64,000 bases of DNA from Alphaproteobacteria bacterium (GTDB taxonomy: Bacteria; Pseudomonadota; Alphaproteobacteria; JAPOUT01; G958296285): contig OZ242373.1 in the NCBI GenBank assembly GCA_965209065.1, positions 556,744 to 620,743 of the forward strand. The letters run 5' to 3'. Positions 59,058 to 64,000 of this stretch are shown piece after piece. The position numbers and the translations under genes are program-made. The first letter of the stretch is position 1; each line of letters begins with the position of its first letter. The notes below the pieces were generated by a model. The model made no database searches. It was not told the origin of the DNA and saw only the letters and a program-made list of their open reading frames with translations.

Positions 59058-59827
59058 AGTAGCTCCTTGAGTGCGGTTTTGACATTGGCTTGTTTCATCA
59101 AGCTCTCGCCAATTAAAAATGCGTGAATGCCTAGTTTAGCCATCGCGGTTATGTCTGCTTTGGTGTGAATGCCACTTTCACAAACAACAACTTTATCTTC
59201 AGGCACGAGAGGCGATAGCTCACGCGTGGTCGATAAAGCCGTATCAAAAGTGCGTAAATCACGATTATTGATGCCAATGAGCTTGGTGTTAAGCGTCAAA
59301 GCCATTTCTAACTCGGCTTCATTATGAACCTCAGGCAAAACATCAAGCTGCCATTCTTTAGCCGCGAGAGCCAGCTCTTGCGCTTGCGTTTGCTCCAAGC
59401 TCGCCATAATGAGCAAAATAGCATCAGCGCCCAGCGCGCGCGCTTTCACCACTTGCCAAATATCGTAAAAGAAATCCTTTTGTAAAACCGGCAGAGAACA
59501 AGAGGCGCGCGCTTGTTTAAGATAACCCTCTGCGCCTTGAAAAAAACGGCTATCGGTCAAGACCGAAAGACAAGCCGCGCCACCGCCTTCACAGGCTTGG
59601 GCGAGAAGCTCGGGGTCAAAGTCGTGGCGGATAAGCCCGCGCGAGGGGGACGCCTTCTTTAGCTCAGCGATAATGTTTATTCCCTCTTTTTCTAAAGCCG
59701 CAGCAAAGCCGCGCGGGGCGGGCTTGTTGCGCGCGCGCGCCTCCAACTCCGCCAAAGTTTCCTTGCCTTTGCCTTCGGCGATTTCCGTTTGCTTGTGCGC
59801 TTTGATGGTTTCTAATATGTCAGGCAT
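59054..59827 (-). CDS. trpC: Indole-3-glycerol phosphate synthase
   Basis: [39 protein letters not shown]. Confidence 0.96.
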   Translation of the reverse strand: MPDILETIKAHKQTEIAEGKGKETLAELEARARNKPAPRGFAAALEKEGINIIAELKKASPSRGLIRHDFDPELLAQACEGGGAACLSVLTDSRFFQGAEGYLKQARASCSLPVLQKDFFYDIWQVVKARALGADAILLIMASLEQTQAQELALAAKEWQLDVLPEVHNEAELEMALTLNTKLIGINNRDLRTFDTALSTTRELSPLVPEDKVVVCESGIHTKADITAMAKLGIHAFLIGESLMKQANVKTALKELL

Positions 59828-60803
59828 AAGCTATCCACTTTTTCAGTAGGGCGGAGGCGCGGTTATCAAGCGAATCCCTCGCGAGCGCTAAACCTTCTTC
59901 CATTGTTTTCACCTTGTCCGCCACGATAAGCGCCGCCGCGCTATTGAGCAGAACAATATTGCGATAGGCACTCGGCTCGCCGCGCAGAAGAGCTTGAAAG
60001 GCACGTTTGTTTTGCTCGGGCGCACCGCCCTTGAGCGCGTCAAGGCTAACGAGCTCGAAGCCATAGTCTTCGGGATTGAGCTCAAACACTTTTATCTCTC
60101 CTTGCTCTAGCTCAGCGATAGTCGTGGTGGTGGTGAGGGTTATCTCGTCCATTCCGTCCTTGCCGCAGACAACCCAAACCTTACGAGAGCCGAGCTCGCC
60201 GAGCGTGCGCGCAAGCGGCTCCACCCATTTCGTGTCGAAAACGCCAACGAGCTGCCGCTTCACCCCCGCAGGATTACACAAGGGACCGAGCAAATTGAAA
60301 ATTGTGCGAAACCCCAACGCTTGCCGCACGGGCGCCACATATTTCATCGCTTCGTGGTGGAGAGGCGCAAACATAAAGCCGATGCCTAAATCCTTGATTG
60401 TGGCTTCGGGGTTTTCGAGATTGACGCCAAGCTGCTCGAGCAAATCGGCAGCACCCGAGCGCGAGGACTGCGCGCGATTGCCATGCTTCGCCACGACAAC
60501 ACCGCTCGCCGCCACAACAAGGGCTACCGCAGTGGATATATTCAAGGTGGCATGCATATCGCCCCCAGTGCCGCAGACATCAATCGCCGTTTCGGGCGCA
60601 TCAATCCGCTTCATTTTCTCGCGCATTATTTTAGCCGCAGCCGTGAGGTCTTCCACCTTTTCGCCTTGAGTGTGAAGTGCGGTTAAAAAATCGGCAATCT
60701 TATTGGGTTTGACTTCGCTTGACAGAATAGAGCGAAAGGCCTCCTCCATATTTTCGGGATGTTCGCCGCGCATAAGCGCCGAGAGAGTTAATTCGAAGCT
60801 CAT
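59820..60803 (-). CDS. trpD: Anthranilate phosphoribosyltransferase
   Basis: DVCGTGGD, NIST, AKHGNR, RTIFNLLGPLCNP, DG.DE. Confidence 0.97.
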   Translation of the reverse strand: MSFELTLSALMRGEHPENMEEAFRSILSSEVKPNKIADFLTALHTQGEKVEDLTAAAKIMREKMKRIDAPETAIDVCGTGGDMHATLNISTAVALVVAASGVVVAKHGNRAQSSRSGAADLLEQLGVNLENPEATIKDLGIGFMFAPLHHEAMKYVAPVRQALGFRTIFNLLGPLCNPAGVKRQLVGVFDTKWVEPLARTLGELGSRKVWVVCGKDGMDEITLTTTTTIAELEQGEIKVFELNPEDYGFELVSLDALKGGAPEQNKRAFQALLRGEPSAYRNIVLLNSAAALIVADKVKTMEEGLALARDSLDNRASALLKKWIAYA

Positions 60804-61387
60804 TGGCGTTCGCCCCGTGCTTGTGCTTTTATCAAAAAGTTTTTTAGCACCTGATGACCATATTCGGTCGCGATGCTTTCGGGGTGGAACTGAATACCAA
60901 ACGTCAAATGCTCTTTATGAGCGAGCGCCATCAATAAGCCATCATCGCTCCACGCGGTCGCTTCAAGCTGCGCCGGCAGGCTGGCTTCATCAACCACAAG
61001 AGAATGATAGCGCGTTGCTTCAAAGTGTTGCGCGCACTCGGCAAAAAGCGCGCCGCCCGTGTGTTTTATTTTGCTTAACTTCCCATGCACCGGCGCGGGC
61101 GCTAACACCACCTTGCCACCAAAAGCCTGACCGATTGCTTCGTGTCCCAAACAAATACCGAGCAGGGGAATGGTGCCACTATATTTTTCAACCAGATCTA
61201 AACAGATGCCCGCCTCGTTGGGTGTGCAGGGACCGGGCGACAGAATAATCGCTTGAGGCTGCTTCGCCTCTATTTGTTCCAACGTTATTTTATCATTGCG
61301 ATGAACTTCGGCGACCACGCCCAAATCTCCTAGAAACTGATAAATGTTCCAAGTAAAGCTATCGTAGTTGTCAATCAGGAGTATCAT
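60800..61387 (-). CDS. trpG: Anthranilate synthase component II (glutamine amidotransferase)
   Basis: IDNYDSFT, SPGP, GICLGH, TRYHSL, QFHPES. Confidence 0.96.
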   Translation of the reverse strand: MILLIDNYDSFTWNIYQFLGDLGVVAEVHRNDKITLEQIEAKQPQAIILSPGPCTPNEAGICLDLVEKYSGTIPLLGICLGHEAIGQAFGGKVVLAPAPVHGKLSKIKHTGGALFAECAQHFEATRYHSLVVDEASLPAQLEATAWSDDGLLMALAHKEHLTFGIQFHPESIATEYGHQVLKNFLIKAQARGERQ

Positions 61388-62860
61388 TTAATCTTCTCTT
61401 TTAGGTAGCGGCGCGAACTCGTGCGCGCGCTCGGCGGCAGCCCGCAGAGCCTTTGCCTTATTGACACTCTCTTGATATTCATATTCAGGCGTGGAATCCG
61501 CAACCACGCCGCCGCCGGTTTGCACGTAGAGCTTTTTATCCTTGATAATGCCCGTGCGCAAAATAATACAGCTATCCATATCGCCGTTGGCAGAGAAATA
61601 CCCCAAAGCACCTGCATAGGTGCTGCGCTTTTCCTTCTCAAGCGCATCGATGATTTCCATCGCTCTTATTTTGGGCGCGCCCGAAACCGTTCCCGCCGGA
61701 AAACCCGCAAGCAAAGCATCGAGCGCATCACTGCTTTCGTTCAGCTCTCCTTCAACATTAGAAACAATATGAATCAAATGGGAAGTCCATTGTAACGCAA
61801 AACGCTCGCTGACCTTGACCGAACCAATTTTCGCCACACGCCCAACATCATTGCGCCCCAAATCAAGAAGCATTAAATGCTCGGCACGCTCTTTCGGGTC
61901 GTTGAGAAGCTCCTCGCTGACCTCTTCTTCTTTGCGGTTGCTTTCCCTATCAGGACGCGGGCGCGTGCCAGCAATCGGGCGCAAAGTTATTTTCTTATTC
62001 TCAACCCGCACGAGTATCTCAGGGCTAGAGCCTGCTATCACAAAAGAACCAAAATGCATAAAATAAAGATAGGGCGAAGGATTAACCGAACGCAAAGCGC
62101 GATAAAAAGAAAAGGGCGGTAAATCAAACCGCGTCTCGAAACGCTGGCTTATCACCGCTTGATAAATATCGCCCGCCTTAATGTAGTCAATCGTCTTGGC
62201 TACATTGTTAAGATAATCCTCCTTCTTTGTGTTAGACGCCATCTCAATAGTTAAAGGCGCGGCGTGTGTGCTGGGGTAAGTGAGCGCGCTCGATAAAGTG
62301 TCTTTCAACTTTTCTAACGCTTGCTTTAGCTCGTGCTTTGGTTTTTGCTCACCATAATCCCCACTATAATTAAGGACAAGCAAAATCATCTCGTCCTTGA
62401 CAGAGTCAAACAAAACCAAACGCGAGGGGCGAATGAAAATCCCATCGGGAAGCCCTAAAGCATCGGGGTTAGGGGCGGGGAGCGTTTCCACCAGCCGCAC
62501 CATATCATAGCTCATATAGCCGAATAGCCCGGCGGCAATCGGCGGCAGGTCGCTCGGCAGTTCAAAGCGCGACTCGTCAATCAGCGCGCGCAGAGATTCC
62601 AACACCGGGCGCGGGTCTGTTTTGCTATTAGCTTCGCTCGTATCGGGCATGGTCGTTATGCGCACCTTGCCTTGATGGGCTTGCCAAATCAAATCAGGCT
62701 CAAGCCCAATCACCGAGTAGCGCCCGCGTCTTTGCCCGTCCTCTACCGATTCCAATAAAAAGCTGTTTTCCGTTTCGGGAACACCTAACTTTATCGCAAC
62801 AGAGATAGGCGTTTCTAGGTCGGCAGGCAAATCCATTCGTTCAATAAAAACTTTTGACAT
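61388..62860 (-). CDS. trpE: Anthranilate synthase component I
   Basis: LLES, NPSPY, SSPEIL, PIAGTRPR, EHLMLLDLGRND, PAGTVSGAPK. Confidence 0.96.
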   Translation of the reverse strand: MSKVFIERMDLPADLETPISVAIKLGVPETENSFLLESVEDGQRRGRYSVIGLEPDLIWQAHQGKVRITTMPDTSEANSKTDPRPVLESLRALIDESRFELPSDLPPIAAGLFGYMSYDMVRLVETLPAPNPDALGLPDGIFIRPSRLVLFDSVKDEMILLVLNYSGDYGEQKPKHELKQALEKLKDTLSSALTYPSTHAAPLTIEMASNTKKEDYLNNVAKTIDYIKAGDIYQAVISQRFETRFDLPPFSFYRALRSVNPSPYLYFMHFGSFVIAGSSPEILVRVENKKITLRPIAGTRPRPDRESNRKEEEVSEELLNDPKERAEHLMLLDLGRNDVGRVAKIGSVKVSERFALQWTSHLIHIVSNVEGELNESSDALDALLAGFPAGTVSGAPKIRAMEIIDALEKEKRSTYAGALGYFSANGDMDSCIILRTGIIKDKKLYVQTGGGVVADSTPEYEYQESVNKAKALRAAAERAHEFAPLPKRED

Positions 62861-62896
62861 TAGATTGCCTTTATCTTGCCCTTATCTCGCCCGCCC

Positions 62897-64000
62897 TCAT
62901 CTTGATTGATTTGGCGATTGTTCAAAAGCTAAGTCTAAATTATTTTTGTAAAAATTCAACCCTAGCTGCTTTTGCTCATTGGAGAGATATTGTGTAAGCA
63001 GTTCGTTTGCGCTGACATTTCTCATTTCTTGTGTGAGTCCTTGCTCTGATTTTTTTTGTTGAGCGTTAAGGTTTTGCGGTTGGCGAATGCTTACAACTTG
63101 CGCGATGATAATTTCTTTCTTGTCGCCCGATGCGCCGTAGAACGTGCCGCCTTTGGGTGTGCGGAACAGCGCGGCGATTAAGTCGGGAGAGAGGAGTTTG
63201 CTTTCGGCGGTGCGCGCGAGCGGCGGCGTCTGGCGCACCTTCTGCTTCGTGAGACTAGAGAAACTTGAACCCGCGGCGAGCTTTTGGCTAAAGGTTTTGG
63301 CTTTGGCTTCTAGCAAGTGCAGGGCTTGGTCTTGCTGCCATAGTTTTTTCACTTTGGCTTTTGCTTGGGACAAGTTTTGCGTGCGGCTCGATTCAATTTG
63401 CGTCAGCGCAAGCCAGTAGTAGCCACCCGCTTGTGTTGCGGTAGCTTGTGAAGTGCCTTCGTCTGGCGAAGCCCAAACTTTTTCCTTTAAGTCTTTGATG
63501 TCGTCCAGCCTTTTAGGCAGGGTGTCTTCTTGTTTAAGCAATTTGCTTTTGACAAGAGGCAGTTTATATTTTTTAGCCACTTGCTCTAAGGTTTCGCCAC
63601 CACCGATTTCGTCTTCAATCAGGTCGTGGAGCGTGTCGATTTCTTCCTGCGCTTTGGCAAGCGCAAGCGTCTCGTGTAATTCTTTTCTTACTTGCGAGAA
63701 GGTTTTTTGTTTAGCGGGTTTTATTTTATCAAGCCGTAGCAGCGCCCAGCCGAGCGGAGTTTCAACGACGGGGCTTATTTTTCCCTTGCGTAATTTCAGC
63801 GCGGCTTTTTCTAAATTTTGAGAAGCATATTGCCCGCGCTCTAACCAGCCAAGCGAAATATCTTCTTTAGATAACTTTCTCTGCTCGGCAAGTTTAACAA
63901 ACGAAGTGCCCGATTTTATTTTCGCGCGCGCTTTCTTTGCTTCGGCTTGCGTGGGAAAAATAATTTGCTGAATAAACCTTTGCTCGTTTTCTCTAAAGGC
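62897..64000 (-). CDS. PpiD/SurA-type periplasmic chaperone-PPIase, 5' part outside the window
   Basis: Frame stays open from 64000 (..QQIIFPTQAEA...DISLGW...SPVVETPLGW...) to the stop at 62897; conserved position upstream of trpE in Alphaproteobacteria. Confidence 0.8.
   Translation of the reverse strand, partial: AFRENEQRFIQQIIFPTQAEAKKARAKIKSGTSFVKLAEQRKLSKEDISLGWLERGQYASQNLEKAALKLRKGKISPVVETPLGWALLRLDKIKPAKQKTFSQVRKELHETLALAKAQEEIDTLHDLIEDEIGGGETLEQVAKKYKLPLVKSKLLKQEDTLPKRLDDIKDLKEKVWASPDEGTSQATATQAGGYYWLALTQIESSRTQNLSQAKAKVKKLWQQDQALHLLEAKAKTFSQKLAAGSSFSSLTKQKVRQTPPLARTAESKLLSPDLIAALFRTPKGGTFYGASGDKKEIIIAQVVSIRQPQNLNAQQKKSEQGLTQEMRNVSANELLTQYLSNEQKQLGLNFYKNNLDLAFEQSPNQSR

Noticed and set aside
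62861-62896. trp attenuator or leader peptide upstream of trpE
   Set aside because: Only 36 bp separate ppiD and trpE; no Trp-codon leader or terminator, just an 11-bp duplication.

Overview
A gene-dense, roughly 48-50% GC (by eye) alphaproteobacterial chromosome segment. Synteny supports the assignment: nadE-gltX-cimA, psd-pssA, str/S10/spc/alpha ribosomal operons followed by degP-rarA-rluA, and ppiD-trpEGDC-moaC. Sel1-repeat genes and divergent ribosomal proteins hint at a host-associated, possibly Parvibaculales-like marine lineage; this is inference only. Most of the window is housekeeping. The accessory stretch at about 17-30.5 kb holds: an aldolase / ferritin-like diiron protein / luciferase-like monooxygenase operon; an uncharacterised two-gene membrane module (4-TM coiled-coil protein plus exported vWA-like partner) behind a promoter with four GANTC sites; a K+-independent H+-PPase; dRS3/REP-like palindromes next to a 9-repeat Sel1 gene; a catalytically degenerate HMG-CoA-synthase-like/DUF35 fusion; and a low-GC putative type II R-M pair. 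Unusual structural features are the absence of tuf between fusA and rpsJ, Lys/Ala-rich or acidic tails on several ribosomal proteins, and many 11-27 bp tandem duplications. Two of these duplications create chains of translationally coupled micro-ORFs at gene junctions. I saw no CRISPR array, rRNA, integrase or transposase. All calls come from reading the sequence and recognising motifs; no searches were run.
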